Positions 20,894 to 31,193 of a stretch of 64,000 bases of DNA are shown piece after piece. Made by a program: the position numbers and the translations under genes. Position 1 is the first letter of the stretch; every line of letters begins with the position of its first letter. The notes under the pieces were generated by a model, which was given only the letters and a program-made list of their open reading frames with translations, was not told the DNA's origin and did not search any database. Source of the DNA: Candidatus Poribacteria bacterium (lineage in GTDB: Bacteria; Poribacteria; WGA-4E; PCPOR2b); contig OZ220744.1 of the NCBI GenBank assembly GCA_965116925.1, positions 4,864,001 to 4,928,000 on the forward strand, in the 5' to 3' direction.

Positions 20894-21988
20894 ATGCAAT
20901 TGAGCAAGTCGTTCTGCAAATTTGTGTGTGTCTCGTTGCTCGCTGTGGTATTTATCAGTTGTAGTAATGATGATAACGATTTACTGGCTGAAAAGATTGG
21001 TTCCCTTGAGAAGGAAATTGGTGGCTTAAAGACACAGATAGAAGGAGAGGAATCTGTTCATCCACAAATTCCTAAGCCAGGGGAGCCTGCCGATGGTCCC
21101 GGGCATGAAAATACAGGTCATATCCCTTCGGATGATATCCCACCACAATTAGACCCTTTTGAGCCTCGCCCGTTGCCGCCCCCATTGCCATCAAATCAGA
21201 ATCAGATTGCGTTTGAATCAAGTGGGGAGATCTATCTGATGGATAGCGATGGCACGAATCTAATCAACCTCACCAACCATCAAGGCTATGATTTCCAACC
21301 TACATGGTCTCCAGATGGTGTGCTGATTGCGTTTGTATCGGATCGGCGGACCGGATCTGTGCCTGACGCAGACATCTTTGTGATGAATGCAGATGGAACT
21401 AATCAACGCCGGGCTGTCGGTTTCACCATCCAGTATGCAAAAGATCCGGCATGGCTGCCACACGGCGGTCTTGCGTTTGCAGCTGGGGGGACCGTCTACT
21501 TGGGCCTGAATGTAAGACCGGTTAAGGTGATTGATGCTACAGAAGCATCGTGGTCTCCTAAAGGCACTATGATGGCATTTGTGATCTACAATAATAACGA
21601 AGGAAACGAGGACATCTATGTGCAGCATGTGCATAGCGGACAGAATACTCGGCTAACTGATTATGCGGCGGATGATTCTCAACCAGCATGGTCCCCAGAT
21701 GGAACCCAAATCGCTTATATGTCATACCGTTTGGTAGGAGGAAAAGCCGGCGGCGAAATCTATGTGATGGACACAGATGGATCAAACAAAATCAACCTTA
21801 CTAACCATCCGGGGGATGATCGGGAACCGTCATGGTCTCCTGATGGGCGGCAGATCGCTTTTGCGTCGAAACGCAACGAGACTTTTAATTGGGAGATCTA
21901 TGTCATGAATGCTGATGGCAGCAATCAGCGGAACATAACCAATAACGCTAACGCGGACGACAAATCTCCCTCTTGGCGTCCGAGATAA
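20894..21988 (+). CDS. TolB-like (PD40 repeat) beta-propeller lipoprotein
   Basis: Lipobox FISC, Pro-rich linker, repeated PxWSPDG...IAF. Confidence 0.85.
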   Translation: MQLSKSFCKFVCVSLLAVVFISCSNDDNDLLAEKIGSLEKEIGGLKTQIEGEESVHPQIPKPGEPADGPGHENTGHIPSDDIPPQLDPFEPRPLPPPLPSNQNQIAFESSGEIYLMDSDGTNLINLTNHQGYDFQPTWSPDGVLIAFVSDRRTGSVPDADIFVMNADGTNQRRAVGFTIQYAKDPAWLPHGGLAFAAGGTVYLGLNVRPVKVIDATEASWSPKGTMMAFVIYNNNEGNEDIYVQHVHSGQNTRLTDYAADDSQPAWSPDGTQIAYMSYRLVGGKAGGEIYVMDTDGSNKINLTNHPGDDREPSWSPDGRQIAFASKRNETFNWEIYVMNADGSNQRNITNNANADDKSPSWRPR

Positions 21989-22101
21989 GGGACGGGGAAT
22001 ATTGGATTTTCCGATCACCGTATCAGTATTTCCTCTCACACTTGAAAGGGAGGGGTTTCGCACCGAAGGAGTTTTTTTATGAGAAAGGGATTAAGAACGC
22101 C

Positions 22102-23940
22102 ATGGGAACTTCCATAGATGTGCTGAAACAGAAAGCCAATAATTTACGCATCCACTCAATTGTATCGACATCAGAAGCTGGATCCGGGCATCCGACAACG
22201 TGCCTGTCCGCTGCGGATATTATCTCCGCGCTCTTTTTTCGCACAATGCGGTACGACCCTACAGATGCACATAACCCAAATAATGATCGCTTCATTTTGT
22301 CGAAAGGACACGCTGCGCCGTTACTTTACGCCGCATGGGCGGAGGCGGGAATTATCTCCGTCGAGGATCAGCTAACACTCCGTCAAATTGACAGCGACCT
22401 TGAGGGACATCCCACGCCGCGTTTGGAATGGGTCGATGTCGCCACGGGATCGCTCGGACAAGGACTGTCAATTGGCGTTGGGATGGCACTTAACAGTAAA
22501 TATCTAGATCAATCCGATTACCGCGTTTACGTCCTGATGGGGGACGGAGAGACCGCCGAAGGCAGTGTTTGGGAGGCAGTTGCACTTGCAGCACACCGCA
22601 ACCTCAATAATCTGATTGGTATCGTTGATGTCAACGGTATGGGGCAGAGCGAACCGACGATGTACGGGTTTGATACTGACTCCTATTGTCGGCGGTTTGA
22701 GGCGTTTGGTTGGCAGGCAATCGGGATTGACGGACACGATTTTGACGCGATTCTATCCGCGCTGGATAAGGCGAAGGTAAGCGAGGACCGGCCAACGATG
22801 ATTGTGGCGAAAACTTTTAAGGGCAAGGGGGTATCCTCCCTTGAAAACAAGGCTGGCTGGCACGGTAAAGCACTTCCCAAGGGGGAGGCGTTGGATGACG
22901 CTCTGAAAGAGCTTGGTCCTTTGAGCACCGATGGCAGCTTTCAGATTGAAGCAGCCCCGGCAACCGCTATCGCTGAATCGCAGATTAAGGAGATGGCACC
23001 TCCCGAATATGAACCGGGCGAAGAAGCAGCGACTCGCAGTGGCTACGGCTCTGGGCTTGCCAAATTGGGCGATGCGAATCCACTAATTGTGGCGGTGGAT
23101 GGCGATGTCAAAAATTCCACCTATGCCGAGCAGTTTATGGAGAAACATAGTGATCGATATTTTGAAATGTTCATCGCCGAGCAGAATCTTGTCGGAGCGG
23201 GGATTGGACTGGCGAAGTGCGGTAAGATTCCATTCGTCTCAACCTTTGCGGCGTTCTTCACTCGCGCCTGTGATCACATTCGGATGTCCGCAATTTCTCA
23301 GACGAACATCAAATACGCCGGTTCACACTGCGGTGTTTCGGTCGGTGAAGATGGTCCATCTCAGATGGGACTGGAGGATCTCGCTATGTTTCGGGCACTC
23401 CCCGGATCGGTTGTGCTGTATCCAAGCGATGCTGTTGCGGCGGAACGTTTGGTTGCACAAGCTGCGGCGCATCAGGGCATCGTCTATATTCGGACCTCGC
23501 GTCCGCCGACACCAACAATCTATACGAATTCTGAAGAATTTCCAATTGGGGGTAGCAAGGTACTCCGATCTAGTGACGACGATCAGGTGACGGTTATCGG
23601 AGCGGGTGTTACACTTCACGAGGCGTTGAAGGCGTATGAAACCCTAAAAACGGACGGTATCTCCATCCGTGTCATCGATCTTTACTCGGTCAAGCCGCTT
23701 GATGCAAAAACAGTTCTTAACGCAACCGCTGCTACCAATAACACGCTAGTAACGGTTGAAGACCACTACCCGGAGGGTGGGCTTAACGATGCGGTGCTGG
23801 ATGCGGTCGCCCCTAGAGGGGTCACGGTTCACAAGCTCGCCGTCAACGGGCTGCCGAGATCGGGCAAGGCGGACGAACTTCTGGAAGCACACGGTATCAG
23901 TGCCGGGGCAATCGTCCGAAAAGTGAAGGAGATTGTTTGA
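22102..23940 (+). CDS. tkt: Transketolase
   Basis: GSGHPT, LSKGHA, GSLGQG, GDGE and GEDGPSQM motifs; probable ATG 22102. Confidence 0.92.
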   Translation: MGTSIDVLKQKANNLRIHSIVSTSEAGSGHPTTCLSAADIISALFFRTMRYDPTDAHNPNNDRFILSKGHAAPLLYAAWAEAGIISVEDQLTLRQIDSDLEGHPTPRLEWVDVATGSLGQGLSIGVGMALNSKYLDQSDYRVYVLMGDGETAEGSVWEAVALAAHRNLNNLIGIVDVNGMGQSEPTMYGFDTDSYCRRFEAFGWQAIGIDGHDFDAILSALDKAKVSEDRPTMIVAKTFKGKGVSSLENKAGWHGKALPKGEALDDALKELGPLSTDGSFQIEAAPATAIAESQIKEMAPPEYEPGEEAATRSGYGSGLAKLGDANPLIVAVDGDVKNSTYAEQFMEKHSDRYFEMFIAEQNLVGAGIGLAKCGKIPFVSTFAAFFTRACDHIRMSAISQTNIKYAGSHCGVSVGEDGPSQMGLEDLAMFRALPGSVVLYPSDAVAAERLVAQAAAHQGIVYIRTSRPPTPTIYTNSEEFPIGGSKVLRSSDDDQVTVIGAGVTLHEALKAYETLKTDGISIRVIDLYSVKPLDAKTVLNATAATNNTLVTVEDHYPEGGLNDAVLDAVAPRGVTVHKLAVNGLPRSGKADELLEAHGISAGAIVRKVKEIV

Positions 23941-24004
23941 GCGTGAAACGTGATGCGTAATTCGTGGGTGTTGGGTTTCACTATCGTTCAACCCAATCTA
24001 CGCG

Positions 24005-24850
24005 CTATCGGGTTCGATCAATCCCCGCATCGGTGAAGGCGCGCGACAGTGTTTCATAGGATAGGGTTGCTGCCGCAAGTGGGTCATAGTCTTCGCGGGC
24101 TTGCACCATAAAACTGACCTCAGCGGTGATGAACCCGTCGTAGCCGTGCTGCTGCATCAGTTTCAGGTAGTTCACGTAATCGAAGGGACCCTCACCAGGG
24201 ATGAGGAACTCGAAATCGGGGGCGAGTCCGCGCTGATCTTTGACGTGTGTATGAGCGGAATGTGGTGCTAAGGCAGCGACGCTTTCCTCGGTAGGTATGC
24301 CGATGATATCAAAGTGGCTGATGTCGAAATTGACCTTGAGGTAGGGAGAACCAACGAGGTCGAGGAGTTCAAGGACTTTATCGGGCGTATCGATCAGACC
24401 ACCGATGTGGGGTTCCATCGCAACGGTCACTCCGAGCGTTTGGGTATATTCAACCAGCTCGCCGATTCGATCGGCGAGGAATTGTTTTTGGTTGTCCCAT
24501 TCTTCCGGTTGACCGCCTGATGTTGTGTTGATTGCCGGTGGGCTATCTCCTTGCGCGAGTTCAACGCCGAGATTCGCTGCGCCTTTGAGCCGCCACATGT
24601 TCTGTGCGTGTGCTTCGGGGTCTGTTTCCATCAAACTTGAATGTGCAGCGATTGCCGGTAGGGCTAAGTTGTGTTGTTTCAGCAGTCCCGCAATTCGTTT
24701 GCGTTCGGCAGCGTCGAGCGTACTCAATTCGGTGATGAAACGGGGGCCAACGGCGAGTTCCATCCCATCGAATCCGAGCTGTGCGATATGCGGAATTGCG
24801 ACATCAATGGGGACGGTGGGCATTCCCCAAGTGCTATAACCGAGATTCAT
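24005..24850 (-). CDS. Sugar phosphate isomerase/epimerase (AP endonuclease 2 TIM barrel)
   Basis: GFDGMEL, MEPH, NFDISH, HTHVKD and GYDGFITAE motifs. Confidence 0.85.
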   Translation of the reverse strand: MNLGYSTWGMPTVPIDVAIPHIAQLGFDGMELAVGPRFITELSTLDAAERKRIAGLLKQHNLALPAIAAHSSLMETDPEAHAQNMWRLKGAANLGVELAQGDSPPAINTTSGGQPEEWDNQKQFLADRIGELVEYTQTLGVTVAMEPHIGGLIDTPDKVLELLDLVGSPYLKVNFDISHFDIIGIPTEESVAALAPHSAHTHVKDQRGLAPDFEFLIPGEGPFDYVNYLKLMQQHGYDGFITAEVSFMVQAREDYDPLAAATLSYETLSRAFTDAGIDRTR

Positions 24851-25056
24851 GTAGACATTCCTTCTTTTTGTGAGTTCATTAAACAGGGATTACGGCATAC
24901 GGCGTATGCCTACTACCATGGTTTGGAGTATTATAAAACAGTTGGGGTGTATATACAAGACAAAAAGAGGCACAGTTTTCTCCGCGTCTTGGAAGATGGG
25001 AGACTTTACTACAAAGATAGATAAAGGACCAATTGATTGAAAAACGGAGGAATTTT

Positions 25057-25893
25057 ATGGCTGCGGAAAGTTGGATACCGGTTGAGCCGGATTTAGAGAC
25101 GATTCGGGTAAATTATGCAGATCCGCTTTATGCTTTGTCTCAGGCGGAGATGCCTGCCATTATGTTTCGGGGGGCTTACGATCCGGATCAATGCACTCCA
25201 CTGATCCAACGGTTCTACAACATGGGACTGGCACGCAACCCCGAAGATGGTGCGTATGGCGGAGATGAACGGGTGAGAACTGATATCGGCACGAGTCTGG
25301 GGATTCGGGGACAAAATCAGGAGCGTTTTTTCCAACATTCGGAAGCGACGCATCACCTATTCAAATTCCTATTTGATGGGTTCGACAATCCGGTAGACCT
25401 CATCTACAATGCACTTTCGGATCTTGCACCGGACAAACAGGTTAGGACAGCATACGAGCCGGACGGTCGTCGCTACGGTCCTGCGATCTTTCGTATCCAT
25501 TACCACACCCAACTCTACCACCCGCACATTGACAGTGTGCGGCTGCGGGAGTCACGGACCAATTACGCCGTATACCGCTTTGATCACCAGTTTGCCGGTG
25601 TGTTGTGTCTCCAAAATGCGGATGAATTCGATGCGGGCACACAGGCGATCCTGCACCGATGTTTGTGGACGGAGGAGGTCCAACCATATATCGCTGAGAA
25701 CACTTTCCACCAGTATGCTGCTGAAAACGGTATTGAGAAGTGTCAGGTCGAACTTGAGCCGGGCGATCTGTATTTCTTCAACACCCGGTGCATCCACGAA
25801 GTTCCCCCGGTGCAGGGAAACAATCCTCGAATTGTTTTGGCGGTGTTCATCGGCTATTCTGCGGACGATGATGAGATTTTTGTGTGGTCGTGA
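25057..25893 (+). CDS. 2OG-Fe(II) oxygenase superfamily protein
   Basis: HID motif and GDLYFFN...HEVPPV...R; GGAGG RBS. Confidence 0.7.
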   Translation: MAAESWIPVEPDLETIRVNYADPLYALSQAEMPAIMFRGAYDPDQCTPLIQRFYNMGLARNPEDGAYGGDERVRTDIGTSLGIRGQNQERFFQHSEATHHLFKFLFDGFDNPVDLIYNALSDLAPDKQVRTAYEPDGRRYGPAIFRIHYHTQLYHPHIDSVRLRESRTNYAVYRFDHQFAGVLCLQNADEFDAGTQAILHRCLWTEEVQPYIAENTFHQYAAENGIEKCQVELEPGDLYFFNTRCIHEVPPVQGNNPRIVLAVFIGYSADDDEIFVWS

Positions 25894-25897
25894 CCAT

Positions 25898-25933
25898 AAA
25901 AAAAGCCATATAGCCTCAATGGGACTATATGGC
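25898..25933 (-). terminator. Intrinsic terminator downstream of tRNA-Leu(CAA)
   Basis: gccatatag/ctatatggc stem with an A7 tract on plus strand (U tract on minus). Confidence 0.6.
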
Positions 25934-25940
25934 GGATTAA

Positions 25941-26024
25941 TGCCGGAGGTCGGACTCGAACCGACACGAGCCAAGGCTCACTGGATTTTGAGTCCAGCGC
26001 GTCTACCGATTTCACCACTCCGGC
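25941..26024 (-). tRNA. tRNA-Leu(CAA); CCA not encoded
   Basis: Reverse complement: gccggag...ctgga-ctcaaaa-tccag, variable arm, ggttcgagtcc, ctccggca. Confidence 0.95.
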
Positions 26025-26208
26025 AAAAGCGTCCCTAATTTTAGCATATCTCGCTTGAAAGAATCAAGGGTAAAATCGGGAAATTTAGGGTTATTTAATG
26101 AGGTATCGGGATTCGGAGATTCCTCCTACAGTGAGTCAATATATGTGATACGTAATGCGTGATGCGTAATACGTAAAAAAAAGGAATCCCCCGCTCATGT
26201 ATTTATTT

Positions 26209-26766
26209 TTACGATGTAGCGGTTAGTTTGCGGATAGAATCTCCCACTTGAATTTTTCCGGCTTGAATTGTGCGTATAAACAGTCCGCGGAGTCGTTGAG
26301 ACTTATAAGCCTCTCTGTTGACCACATCAAGTGCATCTTTGCCGTATCGACGCTCGAATTTTTGGCAGCCGGTATGGGGGACATCTGTAACTTCAAAGGT
26401 AGCGGTGCCGATCTGTAATTGAGTGCCGGCGGGGAGATTCTCCTCGCTTAGATCTAAATCGACAAGGAAGTTATCGCCGGCGAGGGGCATTCGTGCATCG
26501 TCGCCAGCGATTATCCGCAGGAACCGGGAATTCATCACAGATATCTGGGCCCCTGGATTGGGACTATTCGGTCGCGCCCAGCGGTCTCCTTCGAGTCCGC
26601 CATCGGGACTAACCTCCGCTGCCTGGGGAGTATCCCGCTGTTCATCGGGTAGACGAAGGACGATATATTCAAGAACGCCGAGATCTTGGGGGCTCTGTGC
26701 TAACTGATCCATTTGGGTTTCAATTTGAGTAGTTGATAAACGCTGAATTGCCATCTGTTCCTCCAT
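26209..26766 (-). CDS. MOSC domain protein
   Basis: GLEGDRW, AGDNF, PHTGCQKF and RGL...G.I..GD motifs. Confidence 0.85.
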   Translation of the reverse strand: MEEQMAIQRLSTTQIETQMDQLAQSPQDLGVLEYIVLRLPDEQRDTPQAAEVSPDGGLEGDRWARPNSPNPGAQISVMNSRFLRIIAGDDARMPLAGDNFLVDLDLSEENLPAGTQLQIGTATFEVTDVPHTGCQKFERRYGKDALDVVNREAYKSQRLRGLFIRTIQAGKIQVGDSIRKLTATS

Positions 26767-26992
26767 TAGTTGATTGGTTCATTGATTCGTTGAACGCATG
26801 AGTTTTTCGATACACATATCGCTTCGCTGGGGCTTTTGGTCCTAATTTGGGCTAATTGTAATACAAAATAGAAGAAATTGAAAGGCAAAAGATTTTTCGC
26901 TTCCCTTTAGTTATAATCTACTAAATATTTCTGCTGTTACCTTTTGCCTTGACTGAACTGATTGAAATTATGTAGAATTTACCCCTTGAAAG

Positions 26993-27424
26993 GTGGGATT
27001 TAATTTGTCAGTTCGTATATGCTTACTCTTGCTTGTTCTCTCTTTTCTGCTATTTGCGTGTGGTTCCTTGCGGGATCAGCCGACAATTGAGCAGTATAAT
27101 CAATTTGCGATTAAAGCGGCTAAGTTGCAGCTTTGGAATGAAGCGATTTTCCGCTGGCAGCATATTTTAAAGATTGAGCCGCAAAACGCGAAGGTGCACA
27201 ACAATTTGGGGGTCGCTTACGAAGCGGTAGGCAAGGTCAATGAAGCGATCAAAGCGTATGAACGCGCGACAGAGTTAGAACCTGAAAATAAGTTCTATCG
27301 CTTCAATTACAGGAAATGCCGGATGCAGTTCCAGCGCAATCGTGCAAAGTCCTCACCCACAGAAAAAGAGGATGTACCGGATCAACCTCAATTAGATGGG
27401 GATTCAAAGCAACCTGAATCTTAG
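26993..27424 (+). CDS. TPR lipoprotein
   Basis: Lipobox LFAC; HNNLGVAYE TPR repeat. Confidence 0.8.
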   Translation: MGFNLSVRICLLLLVLSFLLFACGSLRDQPTIEQYNQFAIKAAKLQLWNEAIFRWQHILKIEPQNAKVHNNLGVAYEAVGKVNEAIKAYERATELEPENKFYRFNYRKCRMQFQRNRAKSSPTEKEDVPDQPQLDGDSKQPES

Positions 27425-27433
27425 AACAAACCG

Positions 27434-28231
27434 ATGAACCGAAATCAGCCGCCCAATAAATCAACCGAAATCCAGATCCCGTTCCCGGGACTCCGATACA
27501 TCGGGGGAATCCCGTTCATCATTATGATGCTGCCGATGCTTTTATGCTTGGGAGTGCATTGGGGTTGTGCCTCGTCGGTAACGCGAGTCCCGATCAAAAT
27601 TCAGGTTGAATCCACAATTGATGTCACTAAGTATTCAGGTTTTGCTGTGCTGCCATTTATCGAAGCGAAGGAATCAGGGAGGCAGCGGATAGCATCTTCC
27701 GATGATACAGGGGAAGAGATTGCATCCTTGATGCGAATTGGATTGGGACGGAATCAAAATTTGGATGTTGTTGGCACACAGGATACGCTGCGGCTATTTA
27801 CTGATGAAACAGTTAATGAGGATCTGTTGGCGGATGTGTCAGAGTTGGTGCGTATTGGTGAGTATTTTGAAGTAGATGCAGTCATTGTTGGCAGTTATGA
27901 TTTTTTTGCGATGAGCCAACCTAGACGCTACTATGGGGAACGCTATTCGAGAAGACTTCAGAGGTATGTCACCGATTATCAGGATTACCTCGAAAAGACC
28001 TACATCCTTTCGTTGAGGATTGTAATTGCTAGTGTGGACACAGAGGAAATTATACAGGATGACACGTATGAACGGCGTGCGTTCCAAGCCCATAGCGTTA
28101 GTTCATTCTTGATCTCAGAAGTCGCGCCAAATCAGGGTGTTCTAAAGAGTTTAGCGCGACAAGCGATTTCGGAGTTTACCCGACAGGTTTCACCGCACTA
28201 TGAACAAGAGGAAAGGTTTTTGATGAGATGA
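27434..28231 (+). CDS. Putative lipoprotein, possibly CsgG/TolB-N-like alpha/beta fold
   Basis: Hydrophobic stretch ending WGC; FAVLPF and IG....VDAVIVG patterns. Confidence 0.5.
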   Translation: MNRNQPPNKSTEIQIPFPGLRYIGGIPFIIMMLPMLLCLGVHWGCASSVTRVPIKIQVESTIDVTKYSGFAVLPFIEAKESGRQRIASSDDTGEEIASLMRIGLGRNQNLDVVGTQDTLRLFTDETVNEDLLADVSELVRIGEYFEVDAVIVGSYDFFAMSQPRRYYGERYSRRLQRYVTDYQDYLEKTYILSLRIVIASVDTEEIIQDDTYERRAFQAHSVSSFLISEVAPNQGVLKSLARQAISEFTRQVSPHYEQEERFLMR

Positions 28232-31128
28232 TGAAAACCGATCACGGCTATCACATATTGAAAATGCAATGCTCTGAAAAGGAGAGATTTTTGTCTCGTT
28301 TTCTCGTTTTCTCGTTTTCTCTCCTGTTTGTTTTCTTCTCGGTTGGCAGCGGTTGGGCACAAGGTTTTGGTAAAAATAAGGTCACGGACCAAGATTTTGA
28401 TTGGCTGATTCACCGGACAGAACATTTTGATATCCACTATTATCCGGGTGAAGAGCAGTTAGTCTCCATCATGGCGGATATCGTCGAAGAGGCTTACGAA
28501 AAACATAGCGAGGATTTTGAGCACGAGCTTAAGGATCGGACGCCGCTCATCTTATATCAATCACACAAAGATTTTCAAGAGACCAACATTACGCTGGCTG
28601 AACTGCACGAAGGCGTTGGCGGGTTTGCTGAGCTCTTTAAGCGACGTATGGTTATCCCTTTTACAGGCTCAATGTCTGCATTTCGTGAGGTTATCTTTCA
28701 CGAACTGGTTCACATCTTTCAGTATGACATCATCTATCAGAAACCCGCCGGACGTTTTTATAGCGGTGAGTTCCTGTATAGTCCTCCAATCTGGTTTATG
28801 GAGGGAACGGCAGACTACTTCGGTAACGATAATGATGCCGTTGGTGAGATGGTACTCAGAGATGCAAGCATCGCGAATCAAGTGGTTCCACTGACGCGGC
28901 TTCAAGATTTTCGGATACTCGGATCGCAGGTATTTTTGGGATATAAGATAGGTCAGTCCGCTGTCGCCTACTTTGTTGAGACGTATGGACGGGATAAGGT
29001 TGGGCAGGTCATGCAGGAACTGCGCCATATCCGGACCAAGGATCTCAACCAAGCCTTCCAAAATGTGATTGGCGTTAGCCTTGAACAGTTCGATAAAGAG
29101 TGGCGTTTGACGGTGCAGAAGAAGTATTGGCCCATGATTGAGCACAAGGATATGCCAAACTCGATTGCTAAGAACCTAACAGAGAAATCGCGCTACTCGC
29201 ATAACGTGAAACCGATCTGGTCTCCGAGTGGTGACGTTATCGCCTATATCACAGGCAACGATGGATTTGGTGAAATTGTCCTTGCGTCTGCTAGGGACGG
29301 CAGCCGCTTAGAGCGGATTAGTAAAAATTTTTTCGGGAGTAAATATGAAGATATTCGGAGCGATGGCAGTGGGTTAGCTTGGTCCCCGGATGGCGACCGT
29401 ATTGCTTTCATTGCCAAGTACCGGGAATCGGAGTATCTGCTTGAAGTGAACATTATCAGTAAGCAATTGGAACGGCGAATCAAACTCGACTTCGACGCTG
29501 CCGGTTCACCGAGCTATGATGGTAGCGGCGAGCGGGTTGTTTTTTCCGCACTAAGCGGAGGCCAGACCGACCTGTTTATTATAAACCTAGCGACCGAGGA
29601 GTTGATACGCCTGACAAACGATTCCTTTGACGATAGTAATCCTTCATGGCATCCAACGAAGGAAGAGATTGCCTATGCCTCAGAGCGCGGAGGTAAGTAC
29701 AGGCTAATTATCATTGACGTTAGCAGTCGGAACTCCCGGCAGTTGCCGCATGGTGAGCATAATGCGGTTGGTCCTCGCTGGGCACCGGGCGGTGAGGAGT
29801 TGCTTTTCTGTTCGGACATCGGTGGTGTCTATGACCTGTGTACTATGCGATCGGACGGCACAGACCTGACGCGTTTGACCAATATTATTACTGGCTGTTT
29901 TAACCCAAGTTTTTCACCGGACCGCAAGCACATCCTGTTTGGTGCTTACGAATCGGGGAAGCAGGATGTGTATGTCATGGAGGCGGAGAAGGCGCGTAAT
30001 GAAAAGATTGAGATACCGTCTCCTGAATCTGAACCAACTCGATTTGTCGGTACTGCGGAAAGGAAACAGCGCCGAATCGGGCACCGGAAGTACGGCACGA
30101 AAATTGGCTTAGATGCTATTTTTACCAACTTCAGTCTTGGTGCTGATGGTTTGCTGCGCAACTCAACGGAACTTGTCGCAAGTGATATGATGGGGAACCA
30201 CCGTCTAGGGTTGAGCGTTCAGAATCAATCAGGATTCCTTGCTCCGGATTTTATTGCCCAGTACGGTTCCCTTGCGCGTCGTGCTGATTTTGGTGCCTCT
30301 CTCTTTAACTTTCATGAATATCACCTGTTGGGGACGACCCGGAATCGTCGCCGCGTCTCGCAACGTTTAACGGGAATTGCTGGCTCCGCGATGTATCCGT
30401 TCAATCGGTATCGCCGCGTGGAGTTACAGTTGTTGATGTATTCTACCCCTTATGCTTTCAGATTCGAGACAGAGCGCGAAGATAATCGTGGGCTTCTAAT
30501 GCTTGGAACGCTCTCTCTCGTTAGCGACACGACGCGCTGGCAGATATTCGGCCCCCAAAGTGGTACCCGTTATAATCTCACCTTTGAAAAGTCATTTCGT
30601 GCGACTGGCAGCGATCTCGAACTGACCAATCTCGTTTTTGATTTCCGCCGTTACTTTAAGCTGGGCAGACGTTCGACCTTTGCAACTCGCCTGCTGCTCG
30701 GCGGCAGTTTCGCAAGGGACAAGTCGCTGTTCTACCTCGGTGGCATTGACACGCTACGTGGCTATAGTTATGAAGAATTGATTGGGACGCGGATGGGGCT
30801 GTTGAACTTTGAGCTTCGGATTCCGTTTATAGACGAACTTCGTTTCGGTTGGCCCTTTTCGTGGGCGATTGGCGGCATTCGCGGGATTATCTTTGCTGAC
30901 TTCGGAACAACATGGTCGGAGGAGGAGTTCAACTCTGACAACCCCTACTACCTGCTCCGGCGTGAGGGCAACCGGGTTCGCCTTGATGATGTCAAAGGCT
31001 CAATTGGCCTTGGACTTCGATTGCAGCTTGGCTTTTTCTCCCTCGACTTTGACGTGGCACGCCGCACCGATCTGGCTAGTATCGATCCGGATACGACGTT
31101 CCACTTCGGTTTGGGTCAAGCGTTTTAG
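28228..31128 (+). CDS. Omp85-superfamily protein: zincin-like peptidase domain + PD40/TolB propeller + C-terminal BamA/TamA-type barrel
   Basis: Signal peptide; HELVH..WFMEG; WSP repeats; FYLGG..TLRGY lid motif; C-terminal FHFGLGQAF. Confidence 0.85.
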   Translation: MMKTDHGYHILKMQCSEKERFLSRFLVFSFSLLFVFFSVGSGWAQGFGKNKVTDQDFDWLIHRTEHFDIHYYPGEEQLVSIMADIVEEAYEKHSEDFEHELKDRTPLILYQSHKDFQETNITLAELHEGVGGFAELFKRRMVIPFTGSMSAFREVIFHELVHIFQYDIIYQKPAGRFYSGEFLYSPPIWFMEGTADYFGNDNDAVGEMVLRDASIANQVVPLTRLQDFRILGSQVFLGYKIGQSAVAYFVETYGRDKVGQVMQELRHIRTKDLNQAFQNVIGVSLEQFDKEWRLTVQKKYWPMIEHKDMPNSIAKNLTEKSRYSHNVKPIWSPSGDVIAYITGNDGFGEIVLASARDGSRLERISKNFFGSKYEDIRSDGSGLAWSPDGDRIAFIAKYRESEYLLEVNIISKQLERRIKLDFDAAGSPSYDGSGERVVFSALSGGQTDLFIINLATEELIRLTNDSFDDSNPSWHPTKEEIAYASERGGKYRLIIIDVSSRNSRQLPHGEHNAVGPRWAPGGEELLFCSDIGGVYDLCTMRSDGTDLTRLTNIITGCFNPSFSPDRKHILFGAYESGKQDVYVMEAEKARNEKIEIPSPESEPTRFVGTAERKQRRIGHRKYGTKIGLDAIFTNFSLGADGLLRNSTELVASDMMGNHRLGLSVQNQSGFLAPDFIAQYGSLARRADFGASLFNFHEYHLLGTTRNRRRVSQRLTGIAGSAMYPFNRYRRVELQLLMYSTPYAFRFETEREDNRGLLMLGTLSLVSDTTRWQIFGPQSGTRYNLTFEKSFRATGSDLELTNLVFDFRRYFKLGRRSTFATRLLLGGSFARDKSLFYLGGIDTLRGYSYEELIGTRMGLLNFELRIPFIDELRFGWPFSWAIGGIRGIIFADFGTTWSEEEFNSDNPYYLLRREGNRVRLDDVKGSIGLGLRLQLGFFSLDFDVARRTDLASIDPDTTFHFGLGQAF

Positions 31129-31193
31129 CTTAGGAATTTACAGATTTATGACATGCTAGACACTCTAGCTTACCCTTAATTAAGGAAGGATGT

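Noticed and set aside
25941..26024. tRNA-anchored integrative island
   Set aside because: No integrase and no duplicated tRNA 3' end noticed in the window.
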